64,000 bases of DNA from Syntrophales bacterium (lineage in GTDB: Bacteria; Desulfobacterota; Syntrophia; Syntrophales; UBA2210): positions 1,536,001 to 1,600,000 of the forward strand of contig CAXXKT010000001.1 of NCBI GenBank assembly GCA_963662405.2, in the 5' to 3' direction. The position numbers were made by a program, and so were the translations under genes. The notes under the pieces were generated by a model. That model was not told the DNA's origin. It did no database searches and saw only the letters and a list, made by a program, of their open reading frames with translations. Below, piece after piece: positions 10,572 through 20,238 of the stretch. The first letter of the stretch is position 1. Every line of letters starts with the position of its first letter.

Positions 10572-12764
10572 ATGAACGATTGGGACAAAGAAGACGATTG
10601 TTTCCAAGACTCTTCTGATACGAGAATCGCACGAGGGGGTGTTGCGCAGGATCCCCGTGAGGAATCTCCCCACGGTACCCGGGGGGAGATTGGGGGGAAG
10701 TTTTTCCAACCGCCGCCCCTCTTCAAACATCGTGATCTCACGAAAATACCCAAGTCCGCGCCTCGAGTCACTCAGCGCACGCTGATCAATATCATCAATC
10801 ACCTCAATTTTATCGACGGATACCTATGGGTCCATGTGAAAGACCCTCGGTACGAAGAGGATACCTTCATACATGCCTATCCCGATCCCTGTATGGGAGA
10901 GGCATGTATCTGCCGATGGTCTCCGGAAAACGTCCCGGGGATTGAATATCACCGCTTCCTGAATCTCGTGATCGATGACGGTATATCCGTAACCGTCATA
11001 CCCATAAAACTGTTACGCATCGATGACGAAGGTTTTACGGTTCAGATGCCTGAGGAGGGATATGTCCTCGGGAAGCGTCAGACGAGGCGATACGCGGCTC
11101 AGGCGATAACCGCGGAAATCGACCAGAGCGGTTTTCTGGCTCGGGGTGATCTCCTGGACTTCAGCCCCCTCGCTTTTCGTGTGAGGGTCGCCCCCTGTTG
11201 TGGGGGGACCTTTCATTGGCTCAACTCTGATGAACCAGTCAATCTTACTCTTTATCAGGGGCAAAAAATCATTTTTTCATCTCCCTGCCGGCATATCGAC
11301 CAGACAAGCAACATGTCTGTAAAGGAGATCGTGCTTGTCCCGCGGATGAGCCATTTCCATCGTTTCAAGGGGAGAAAGATACGGAGTCCCCGCGTTCATC
11401 TGGCACCATCATCCAGTATCAGCTTCGTCCATCCCCTCTCCGGAGAAATGGTGCAACGTGATATCCATGACATCTCCGTTACCGGTTTTGCCGTGCAGGA
11501 GGTGGAAAACGAAAGTGTCCTTGTTCCGGGAATGATTATCCCTCGAGTCGATATCCACTGTGCGGGTTCAGCCGTTATTCATTGTACGGCACAGGTCGTG
11601 TATCGGCGAAAAGAGAAGTCCAACCTCTTCCGCTCCGGTCTCGCTATCCTCGACATGGATGTCAAATCGTACGGAAACGTAATCAACATTCTCGGGAATG
11701 TGGTAGATCCGAACATCCGGGTTTCCCAGGAAATCAACATGGATGCCCTGTGGAAATTTTTCTTCGAGACCGGTTTCCTCTATCCAAAAAAATATTCGCT
11801 CATCGAACCACAAAAAAATATTTTCAAGGAGACGTACCGTAAACTCTATCAGGATAATCCTGAGATTGCCGACCATATGGTCTATCAGAGAAACGGTCAG
11901 CTATACGGCCATGTCTCCATGATAAAGGCGTACGAACGGGCATGGATGGTTCACCACCTCGCGGCATATCCCGATCCGATAACCGGGAGGAATACGGGTA
12001 TCCCTCTTCTGAAACAGATCATACATTATTTCGAAGGATTCTACCGGCTTCCAGGTTATAAAATGGATCACTGGATCTGTTACTACCGCCCAGAAACAAA
12101 ATTCATGGACATGTTCTTCGGTGATTTCGCACGATATCTGAAAAACCCGCGGGCCTGTTCACTGGATACTTTTGCCTACAAGGGCTATCCCACCGGAACT
12201 TCCCCCGTGCCGCTCCCCGATCGGTGGCTGTTGAAGAAATTTTCACCCGCAGATCTGTTCGAACTCGAACGGTTCTACCGAAATCACGGCAACGGACTTC
12301 TTCTGGATGTCCTGCGTCTCGGGCGCGCCGATTCAGGTGACGATTCTTTGGAAGACCTCTATAGACGTCACGGTTTTACGAGAAAGTGGAAGGCCTATTC
12401 GCTCACACACAACTACGAACTGAAGGCTGTTCTGATTGTGAATCAGTCTGATCTCGGCCTGAATCTATCTGAGCTTCTCAACGGCATCAAGATTATAGTG
12501 ACCGACCCGACGGGATTGCCGTGGGAAATGTTGACCAACGCAATTACCCACCTGACGGGGATATATGAGGTTGAAAAAATACCCCTTCTCATATATCCTC
12601 ATACATATTTGGATAATAATCGCATATCATATGAGAAGCAGTACATAATGTTTTCCATGGATATGCAGTACGGTAAAGATTTTCTGGATTACCTGAAGGG
12701 GCGGGTGAAGACGAAGATGCGGTTTCTGATTAAGTTTCTCATCCGACGGTATTTGAAAAGATGA
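10572..12764 (+). CDS. Tandem PilZ-domain protein with C-terminal putative GNAT-like domain
   Basis: RQTRR..DFSPLA and IRSPR..DISVTG PilZ-like motifs; C-terminal alpha/beta region (GHVSMIKAYERAWMVHHLAA..CYYRP); the GNAT assignment is inference. Confidence 0.6.
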   Translation: MNDWDKEDDCFQDSSDTRIARGGVAQDPREESPHGTRGEIGGKFFQPPPLFKHRDLTKIPKSAPRVTQRTLINIINHLNFIDGYLWVHVKDPRYEEDTFIHAYPDPCMGEACICRWSPENVPGIEYHRFLNLVIDDGISVTVIPIKLLRIDDEGFTVQMPEEGYVLGKRQTRRYAAQAITAEIDQSGFLARGDLLDFSPLAFRVRVAPCCGGTFHWLNSDEPVNLTLYQGQKIIFSSPCRHIDQTSNMSVKEIVLVPRMSHFHRFKGRKIRSPRVHLAPSSSISFVHPLSGEMVQRDIHDISVTGFAVQEVENESVLVPGMIIPRVDIHCAGSAVIHCTAQVVYRRKEKSNLFRSGLAILDMDVKSYGNVINILGNVVDPNIRVSQEINMDALWKFFFETGFLYPKKYSLIEPQKNIFKETYRKLYQDNPEIADHMVYQRNGQLYGHVSMIKAYERAWMVHHLAAYPDPITGRNTGIPLLKQIIHYFEGFYRLPGYKMDHWICYYRPETKFMDMFFGDFARYLKNPRACSLDTFAYKGYPTGTSPVPLPDRWLLKKFSPADLFELERFYRNHGNGLLLDVLRLGRADSGDDSLEDLYRRHGFTRKWKAYSLTHNYELKAVLIVNQSDLGLNLSELLNGIKIIVTDPTGLPWEMLTNAITHLTGIYEVEKIPLLIYPHTYLDNNRISYEKQYIMFSMDMQYGKDFLDYLKGRVKTKMRFLIKFLIRRYLKR

Positions 12765-15052
12765 GCGATATTCCGCTTTATAACATACGAATCGCGAAAA
12801 CCTATGTAGAGTATATCAACAAACACTATCCCGAAATCGACATAGCCCCCATACTGGAATACGCGGGGATTACCACGTATCAGATGGAGGATGACGGTTC
12901 CTGGCTCACGCAGGATCAGACAGACCGATTCAACGAAATCGTCATCGATAAGACCGGCAATCCCAATATCGCGCGAGAGGCGGGGCGCTACGCCATTGTT
13001 TCCAAGGCGGGGCTACCGGTGCAGCAGTATGCCCTCGGGTTCATCGCACCCGCAACCGCCTATGCGGTTATCGAACGATTGTACAACCAGGTAAGCCGGG
13101 CCATTACCGCAACCACAAAACGCCTCGGCGCCAACAAGATCGAGGTAACGGTCACACCGAAAGGCGATGTCGTAGAAAAACCATACCAGTGTGAAAACCG
13201 GATGGGGACATTCGAAGGGGTGGCCAAGATGTTTACGAATCAATTTGCCGAGATTGACCACCCGACCTGTATCCACAGAGGCGACAACGCCTGCACATAC
13301 ATTATCGCCTGGAAACAGACCCGCTCCATGATATGGAAACGCATCCGTAATTACTCGACCGTTCTCAGCATCATTGGATGCTTCAGCGCCTTCTTCCTGG
13401 TTTCTCACTTCCACTGGCTATTGATTACAGGGTTGTGTGCCCTGGCCACCACGGGTATTTACGCCTACTCGGAATATCTCGAGAAGGAAGAGGTCAGCTC
13501 CAAGCTCCGGAGTGACAGCGAGACGGCCAGCGATCTCCTGGAACAGATCAATGCCCGGTACAACAATGCCCTCCTGATTCAAGAAATCGGTCAGGGGACG
13601 GCCAGCATACTGAATACGGATGATCTCCTTGCCTATGTTATGGAGATACTCCAGAAGCGCCTCGATTTCGACCGGGGGACCATCATGCTCGCCGACGAGG
13701 AAAGACACCACCTGGTATATGCGAATGGTTATGGATACAACCCTGAGTTGGAAGATTTTGTAAAAAAAACGAAGTTTCATCTTGATAAGGAAAGCTCTCT
13801 CGGGCCGCTGGTCGTGGCTTTCAAGGAACAAAGGCCCTTCCTGATAGAAAACATCGATAAGATTCAAGCGGATGTGACGCCGAAATCCAGGGAATTCATG
13901 AAACTGTTGGGGATCAAGTCCTTTGTCTGTGTGCCGATCATATACGAGGGGCGATCGGAGGGGGTGCTGGCGGTCGAAAATCTGCAATCAAAGAAACCAT
14001 TCAGCCAGAGCTACATCAACCTCCTTATGGGTATTGCGCCTGAAATCGGCATCAGTATGAACAATGCCAAGGCATACCAAAAGATTCGGCAGAGCGAACA
14101 GCAGTTCCGCGCACTAGGAGAAAATGCTCCTGATATCATTTACACTTTGGATGCGGATGGGGCATTCAGTTATATCAACCCCGCCTGGGAAATCATTTTG
14201 GGGTACAAAAAGGAAGAGGTCATTGGACGGTATTTTATCGATTTTATCAAGAGAGAAGATGTGGGACGCTTTTCCCGGTATCTGGATCAGGTAAAAAACA
14301 ATAAGGAAACCTTCATGGGTGTTACGGGCGCGATGCTGACCAAGGATGGCGGTGAGCGTCTTTTCAATATCAGTTGCTCGCCGAATCTCGGCACGAATGG
14401 CGAAGTGATCGGGGCGATAGGCACCATAAAGGATATTACCGATCTTGAGAAGCACGTTGAAATGCTTGAGACCGCCCTGCAGAGTACCATTGATGCCATG
14501 GCGGTCATCGTCGAATCAAAAGATCCATACACATCCGGCCATCAGAGGAGGGTCATGGACATTGCCGTTGCTATTGCCGAAGAGATGCATCTTCCCGAGG
14601 ACAAGATCAACGGTATCCGTATGGCCGCCATGATACACGATATCGGCAAGATAAACGTCCCGGCGGAGATCCTCAATAAACCGGGTAAGCTGTCCGATAT
14701 TGAATTCAAGATAATCAAGACCCACCCCGAGGCAGGGTACCATATCCTGAAAAATATCGAGTTTATGTACCCCGTCGCCCAGATTATACACCAGCACCAT
14801 GAAAAAATGAACGGTTCAGGATATCCACGAGGTCTGTCCGGCAATGCCATATTGATAGAAGCACGGGTCATCACCGTCGCAGATGTCGTTGAGGCCATGG
14901 CGACAGACAGGCCATACCGACCATCACTGGGTATGGCCGAAACCTTGAAGGAGATAGAGGCCGGTGCCGGGACCCTGTATGATCAGGATGTGGTGGACGC
15001 CTGCCTGACACTTTTTGAACAGAAAGGGTTTCAGCTTGAGCAGGCGGTATGA
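12761..15052 (+). CDS. Membrane HD-GYP c-di-GMP phosphodiesterase (V4R/HNOB-like sensor, 2 TM, GAF, PAS)
   Basis: KDPYTSGH, IHDIGK, HHEKMNGSGYPRGL, VADVVEAM..RPYR; N-terminal C..G..EG and CIHRGDNACTY V4R-like; ATGA overlap with the upstream gene. Confidence 0.9.
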   Translation: MSDIPLYNIRIAKTYVEYINKHYPEIDIAPILEYAGITTYQMEDDGSWLTQDQTDRFNEIVIDKTGNPNIAREAGRYAIVSKAGLPVQQYALGFIAPATAYAVIERLYNQVSRAITATTKRLGANKIEVTVTPKGDVVEKPYQCENRMGTFEGVAKMFTNQFAEIDHPTCIHRGDNACTYIIAWKQTRSMIWKRIRNYSTVLSIIGCFSAFFLVSHFHWLLITGLCALATTGIYAYSEYLEKEEVSSKLRSDSETASDLLEQINARYNNALLIQEIGQGTASILNTDDLLAYVMEILQKRLDFDRGTIMLADEERHHLVYANGYGYNPELEDFVKKTKFHLDKESSLGPLVVAFKEQRPFLIENIDKIQADVTPKSREFMKLLGIKSFVCVPIIYEGRSEGVLAVENLQSKKPFSQSYINLLMGIAPEIGISMNNAKAYQKIRQSEQQFRALGENAPDIIYTLDADGAFSYINPAWEIILGYKKEEVIGRYFIDFIKREDVGRFSRYLDQVKNNKETFMGVTGAMLTKDGGERLFNISCSPNLGTNGEVIGAIGTIKDITDLEKHVEMLETALQSTIDAMAVIVESKDPYTSGHQRRVMDIAVAIAEEMHLPEDKINGIRMAAMIHDIGKINVPAEILNKPGKLSDIEFKIIKTHPEAGYHILKNIEFMYPVAQIIHQHHEKMNGSGYPRGLSGNAILIEARVITVADVVEAMATDRPYRPSLGMAETLKEIEAGAGTLYDQDVVDACLTLFEQKGFQLEQAV

Positions 15053-15164
15053 TGAAACAAAAGGGCTCTGAACCGAGCCTCTTTTCCCAACCGCTGTCTT
15101 TCTCTACCTTCCGTGATACGCGCTCCTTTATCGCACGGCACAAGCTATATGGACCCGAAAAACA

Positions 15165-16295
15165 CTAGAGGTTCAATGAATAAATCGCACTGAGACAATG
15201 ATTGTCTATATTGATATCGGCATGTGCTGCCTCTAAAGAGTCCTGATGGACAATGTCCTTTACGGAATTTGCTTCATTCCGTACATCTTTAAACAACAAG
15301 GAAGAGAACCCTTCAAAGTTGATGATATTAGGGACAACTAACGCAAAATTTTGACCTGCCCTGTTGAGAATATCCGTTTCCCCCACATGTGTTCCCAACT
15401 GGAAGCGAATCCCTGCTGAGAGGGCAAAGTCGGCGATTCGTTTTGACTTGAGAAGACCCCCGCATTTCGAAATCTTAATATTCAGCAGATCACACGCGCC
15501 CGAATCGATTAACAGTGCTGCATCGGATAATGTGCACATCGATTCGTCAACCATGACCGGTATCCCGGTCATCTTCCTGACATTCTTCAGTCCTTCCAGG
15601 TCATCACTGCGCACAGGCTGTTCTACCGCCGTAATATTGAATGCTTTCAGTTCATTCAGGTTGTCAATGGCCTGTCGATAGGTCCATTTGCCATTCGCTT
15701 CGATACTCATGTCCATGTCCAAACCGAATATGGATCTGATCAATTTCAGTCTTTCCACATTGTTGGCCACCGATTCTTCCATCAAGACCTTTACCGAGCT
15801 GAATGTGGCGCCCGTCAGAGATGCGGCCATCTCACGTATCGTATCGATGGGGAGAAGAGGTATGGGGATGGTATACGGTATGGTATCTCTTGCGACGGGA
15901 CCTAATAAACTGCTCAGAGGGGTTGCCAGACTTTTACTGAGGCCATCCAACAGGGCGATATCGACAGCACCTAAGGCGGAAAGATAGGCGGAGACATTAT
16001 CTTTACGGCATTTGTTTTCTAAGGTGTCCAGTATATTTTCAATATCGCTGACGGAGGCTATTTGTTCCCCCAAGAGAAGCGAGGAAAAACGGTCACGTAT
16101 TACACTTGCAACGGACTCGGGCGTTTCTCCGGTGACATATTGTCTCGGTGCGCTTTCACCGTACCCGGAAATACCGTTTTCAAAGGTGATGTGAATAATG
16201 ATCGATTCCGCCTGGATCCTGAAAATATGAGGCGAATGATAATTATTCTTAAAAGGGGTGTTACAGTGGGAAACATCTATTCTGATTATTCTCAT
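15165..16295 (-). CDS. Enolase-superfamily (muconate cycloisomerase/dipeptide epimerase-like) protein
   Basis: GYGESAPR.YVTGE, DIALLD, EAN, EQP, DES, NIKISKCGG. Confidence 0.85.
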   Translation of the reverse strand: MRIIRIDVSHCNTPFKNNYHSPHIFRIQAESIIIHITFENGISGYGESAPRQYVTGETPESVASVIRDRFSSLLLGEQIASVSDIENILDTLENKCRKDNVSAYLSALGAVDIALLDGLSKSLATPLSSLLGPVARDTIPYTIPIPLLPIDTIREMAASLTGATFSSVKVLMEESVANNVERLKLIRSIFGLDMDMSIEANGKWTYRQAIDNLNELKAFNITAVEQPVRSDDLEGLKNVRKMTGIPVMVDESMCTLSDAALLIDSGACDLLNIKISKCGGLLKSKRIADFALSAGIRFQLGTHVGETDILNRAGQNFALVVPNIINFEGFSSLLFKDVRNEANSVKDIVHQDSLEAAHADINIDNHCLSAIYSLNL

Positions 16296-16543
16296 ATATT
16301 GTTGGTTCCTCTCGCCTGACTCAGTTGCCCTGTTCAAAGATATCTATAATATGCGCTCCAATCATAACGCCGTTCGCTACCGTCTCGTGTGACGATCCCC
16401 ACTGTTATATGTACCAAAAATCCTTGAGGAGGAACGGTCTATTGTGACCATGGTTCCCCCGTTGTGGGGGATGAGAAAAACCGTACCCGGTCTCGCCGTC
16501 AGGAGATCGCTCTCCCCCTCACCCCATCGGCAGTATTCGGTCT

Positions 16544-16849
16544 CTATTCGGAACGATATCCATTACCAACATGGATACCAACGATACCAAGATCGTACTC
16601 TTTATTGAAATAACAGGCGACACGGCTCCTGTCCCTGCCGCCGCTCAGGCCGATAACGGCGTCGTGTCTTCCCGTATCACGGCGGGGTCGGGCGGTAATC
16701 CCCCGTTGGTTCTTCAGTGTTTTTTCCGAAGGGAGGCTTCTCTGCCCTGGTTCGGGATGAATATTGCGAACGCCGTTCTCATCGAAACGGATACCGGCAT
16801 ATGTTTCCGGCAAGATACAAACCGTACATCTTTTTAAGATCTTAGGCAT
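16544..16849 (-). pseudogene. Truncated, degenerate N-acetyl-sugar amidotransferase (WbpG-like PP-loop) fragment
   Basis: CTVCILPETY.GIRFDENGV N-terminus and damaged PP-loop IGLSGGRDRS, stopping after about 100 aa. Confidence 0.7.
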
Positions 16850-17094
16850 TTCCGATACCGCCGAACATAGTCGATAATAACAGGAACATCAGGGGCACCC
16901 AATTGAAACTGCGCCGTGAGCAAACCCACAACTATGCAGCCCTTTTCCAATTACAGAAGTATAGGAACAACTTATCTTGTATGTCAAGGGGAAAGTACTA
17001 CAAGATATTGTGGTCATATACCGTTGAGTGGAGACAGTCACCCCTCGGGCGGCACATTACACATCAAACATTCTTTGTATGGATCAGACCGATG

Positions 17095-19302
17095 TTAATA
17101 GGGGCGAGGATTCTCATGTCTGCCGGGGATGTTTTCATGACGGGACGGGCCGCTACCCCGTTTCAATTTCTTGGTGGATTCGATGATATTGAGGGAGCGC
17201 TTTTTCAGCTCATAGAACCCATGCCACCAGGCGTAGTCGGGTGCCATCATGGCGGCTCCCATGCGGGCCCGGCGTCCCTCGTGGTGCCAGAGTTCATAGA
17301 ACTCCCACTCGAGGTCCTCATCGAAAAAACGCTCATCGCAGAGAATCCCGGCCTGGTAGAGTTCGTCCATGAGGGTACGCATGGGACGGTAGTATTCCTT
17401 GTTATAGTTTTCAACGACACGGTCCAGATTCCGGAAATGATCGTCCGTCCACGTACCGGAGTGGCACTGGAGACAGACTCGTTTCATGGTGCCTTGCTCT
17501 TCTCTCCAGTCCGTCGGGGCCGGGAAGGGCCGGAACTCCGAGGGGCGGACCGTCAGGGGCGCCTGGGTCTCCCAGGAGAGGCGTTTCGTCACGTCGTGGG
17601 ATCGCTCCACGCCGGGGGCCGCCGACATATGGCAGGTCGAACAGGTGGGGGCCCGATAGTCTCGCCCCGCCGTCCAGGTCCCGTCGACAGGTTCCCACTC
17701 CCACCCGTCCCCTTCGGCGTGATAGAGCGTCCCGTGTTTGGACTCGTTGTAGATTTCGATCTGGGGATGATCGGGTCCCAGATGACACTGATCGCATGCC
17801 TCCGGTTTCCGCGCCTCGGCTGCGGAAAAGCGGTGGCGGGTATGGCAGCTCGAACAGCACCCCCGGCTGCCGTCGGGGTTGATCCTGCCGATCCCGACGT
17901 TAGGCCAGGTCCCCGGTGTGGGCCGGCCGTCGATGACCTCGACGGCCGTTCCGTGACAGGTATAACACCCCGTTGTCCTCTCGATCTCGTTGTTCATGTC
18001 GTGGTTCAGCCAGTAATCGACCTTCCAGATGATATCCCGGGTGTGGGCATGCTTGCTCCGGTCGAACTGGGAGGCCTCTTTCGGGTGACAGCCGGCGCAG
18101 CGTTTCGGAGAGACCACGACCGATATGGGGGTGGAACTGTTTTCCCGGTGGGCCGTGCTGGTGGCGTTTGTGTTGTCGCTCCCCCGGTGGCAGTCGTAAC
18201 AGGTGACGCCCACGGCGGCGTGGACGCTCTGTTCCCAGTCGCGGTACAGGGCCGGTTTGGTGCGACGGTGACAGGACAGGCAGGTCTGTTCGATCGCCGC
18301 GGTTGTGTGGACCTCCGGTGCCGCGGTGAGGGTGAGAGAGAACGGTCCCCATCGCCAGACGCTGATACAGGCGACGATGAGGAAGATGATGAACAGATTC
18401 GTATAGGCCATCAACACGAAGACCCTGTGGGCCCGAGCGGGAGGCGCAGAGGGTTCGCCTTGATCCTCTGCCAGTCTTCCCGCCTGCTCCACCTTTTCGA
18501 ATACTTCCGTTCCGTGGGGGGCACCCTTGAGGGCCTCCGTCAGATCGGCCCCGGCCGCGTGCCTCCCGAAGTGACGTCCCCCCTCCCACTTCACGCTGTC
18601 CGTCACATCGTATATCGTGTTCTCATAGACCACATAGGCCGCTTTTCCCCCGGACCCATCAAAATCGGCAAGCGATGTCCGCGTTACCACACCGGAGGAT
18701 GGCGGAGGCGGGGGGGCTGATGCTTCCTCCTTCATCTTCCGGTGAACGACCGTTATCGCCGCGGCCGCGATCATGATCATCATGAGAAAGAGGACGATTT
18801 TGACGAACAGCATGAATCCGAAGGTATTGTTGAAGAACTGCTCCCACCGGTCGATGCGGTACCTCGTCAGAAAGAGACCGGTGATCGCAAGGGTGGCCAT
18901 GCAGGACAGGCCGAGGATCCTCTCGGATCTCGGAATGCCTCCCTTGAGGCGGGTGGGACGGATGAAGATATGGATGTAGAAGATGGCGCCGAAGAATATG
19001 ATCGCCGCCAGGAGATGGATATACCCGATAATCAAGCGGGCGGCCCGGTGAAACGGAGACTGATACCGGACGGATGTGGTCAGGATCTTTTCCGGGATCG
19101 GATAGTCGTACCCATTCCGGATATAGGCGAATCCGACCGGTGTCAGGGGACCGCCGAGGGTGTCCCGATGACAGTACGAGCAGGTTTTCCCCGTACGGGC
19201 GGCGTATTCCTCCTTCCCGAAGCAGGGTGGTGCCCCCGGCCACATAACCGTGAACAGCACCGCTAATACAAGAAAGAGTGGCAGACAGGCAGCCTTCCTC
19301 AT
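17095..19302 (-). CDS. Membrane-bound multiheme cytochrome c: monoheme c + multi-TM + cytochrome b5 + HAO-family octaheme domain
   Basis: Nine CxxCH motifs (CSYCH; CLSCH, CYDCH, CAGCH, CYTCH, CSSCH, CDQCH, CSTCH, CLQCH); CHTRHRFS, CHLGPDHPQIEIY, MMAPDYAWWHG; b5 motif YDVT..WEGGRH..H.AG.DLT..APHG. Confidence 0.9.
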   Translation of the reverse strand: MRKAACLPLFLVLAVLFTVMWPGAPPCFGKEEYAARTGKTCSYCHRDTLGGPLTPVGFAYIRNGYDYPIPEKILTTSVRYQSPFHRAARLIIGYIHLLAAIIFFGAIFYIHIFIRPTRLKGGIPRSERILGLSCMATLAITGLFLTRYRIDRWEQFFNNTFGFMLFVKIVLFLMMIMIAAAAITVVHRKMKEEASAPPPPPSSGVVTRTSLADFDGSGGKAAYVVYENTIYDVTDSVKWEGGRHFGRHAAGADLTEALKGAPHGTEVFEKVEQAGRLAEDQGEPSAPPARAHRVFVLMAYTNLFIIFLIVACISVWRWGPFSLTLTAAPEVHTTAAIEQTCLSCHRRTKPALYRDWEQSVHAAVGVTCYDCHRGSDNTNATSTAHRENSSTPISVVVSPKRCAGCHPKEASQFDRSKHAHTRDIIWKVDYWLNHDMNNEIERTTGCYTCHGTAVEVIDGRPTPGTWPNVGIGRINPDGSRGCCSSCHTRHRFSAAEARKPEACDQCHLGPDHPQIEIYNESKHGTLYHAEGDGWEWEPVDGTWTAGRDYRAPTCSTCHMSAAPGVERSHDVTKRLSWETQAPLTVRPSEFRPFPAPTDWREEQGTMKRVCLQCHSGTWTDDHFRNLDRVVENYNKEYYRPMRTLMDELYQAGILCDERFFDEDLEWEFYELWHHEGRRARMGAAMMAPDYAWWHGFYELKKRSLNIIESTKKLKRGSGPSRHENIPGRHENPRPY

Positions 19303-19540
19303 AGTCAGAGTCCCTGAAAAACAGGCTTTCTTTGCCGAGTACCGTACAAAATACTACCGGTTATTGCGGGAATGATCAATAAGAATTGATCACTATTTTC
19401 CGCAATGGCAACCGAAGCCTCCCACCTGAGAAATTCACTCCCCGGCCACTGATTTCAAAGGGTTATTTTCCCTTGACCATGGCGGGCATATTGTATAGGA
19501 AGGTGTGCGGGTGCGCAGTTCGCGTTTTTCGAGGAGCGGG

Positions 19541-20155
19541 ATGGACATCGAAACGATCGAATCAAGGGAGATCAAAGGGTTTATTGCCAGAGAGGAGGCA
19601 CTGCGGCTCTACGAACTGGCGCGGGAGGCGAGTCGCATCGGTCCCTGCCTGGAGATCGGGAGCTACTGCGGGAAGACCGCCGCCTACATCGGGGCGGGAT
19701 GCGAAGAGGCCGGCAGTGTCCTCTTCTCCATCGATCACCACCGGGGTTCGGAGGAGCAGCAGCCGGGGGAGGAGTATTTCGATCCGGAGCTCCTGGACAC
19801 GGAGACCGGCCTGATCGATACCTTCAGATTCTTCAGGAAGACGATTGATGCACTTGGACTGGAAGAGACGGTGATCCCTATCATTGCGCGGTCGGAGGTC
19901 GCCGCACAGGAATGGAAGACCCCCCTCGGGATGGTCTTCATCGACGGCGGTCACACCTTCGAGGCGGCGATGACCGATTATACCTGCTGGACCCCCCACA
20001 TCCTCCCGGGCGGCTTCCTCGCCATTCACGACATCTTCCCCGACCCCTCGCAGGGGGGGCAAGCCCCTTACCATATCTACAATCGCGCCCTCGACTCGGG
20101 CCTCTTCACCGAACTTCCGATGGTGCAGACCCTGGGGATCTTGAAGAGAAAATAG
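19541..20155 (+). CDS. Class I SAM-dependent methyltransferase (Methyltransf_24-like)
   Basis: LEIGSYCGK, SIDHHRGSEE, FIDGGH, GGFLAIHD. Confidence 0.85.
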   Translation: MDIETIESREIKGFIAREEALRLYELAREASRIGPCLEIGSYCGKTAAYIGAGCEEAGSVLFSIDHHRGSEEQQPGEEYFDPELLDTETGLIDTFRFFRKTIDALGLEETVIPIIARSEVAAQEWKTPLGMVFIDGGHTFEAAMTDYTCWTPHILPGGFLAIHDIFPDPSQGGQAPYHIYNRALDSGLFTELPMVQTLGILKRK

Positions 20156-20238
20156 GATGGAGGGTACGATCTTTTGCGGTGGAGCAGCCCCATCCGTTCT
20201 GCGCCGGTGAGGAGCGGTTTCACACTGCGTGACACCGA

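Noticed and set aside
16903..18720. 605-aa plus-strand ORF
   Set aside because: Antisense shadow of the multiheme cytochrome, no recognisable motifs
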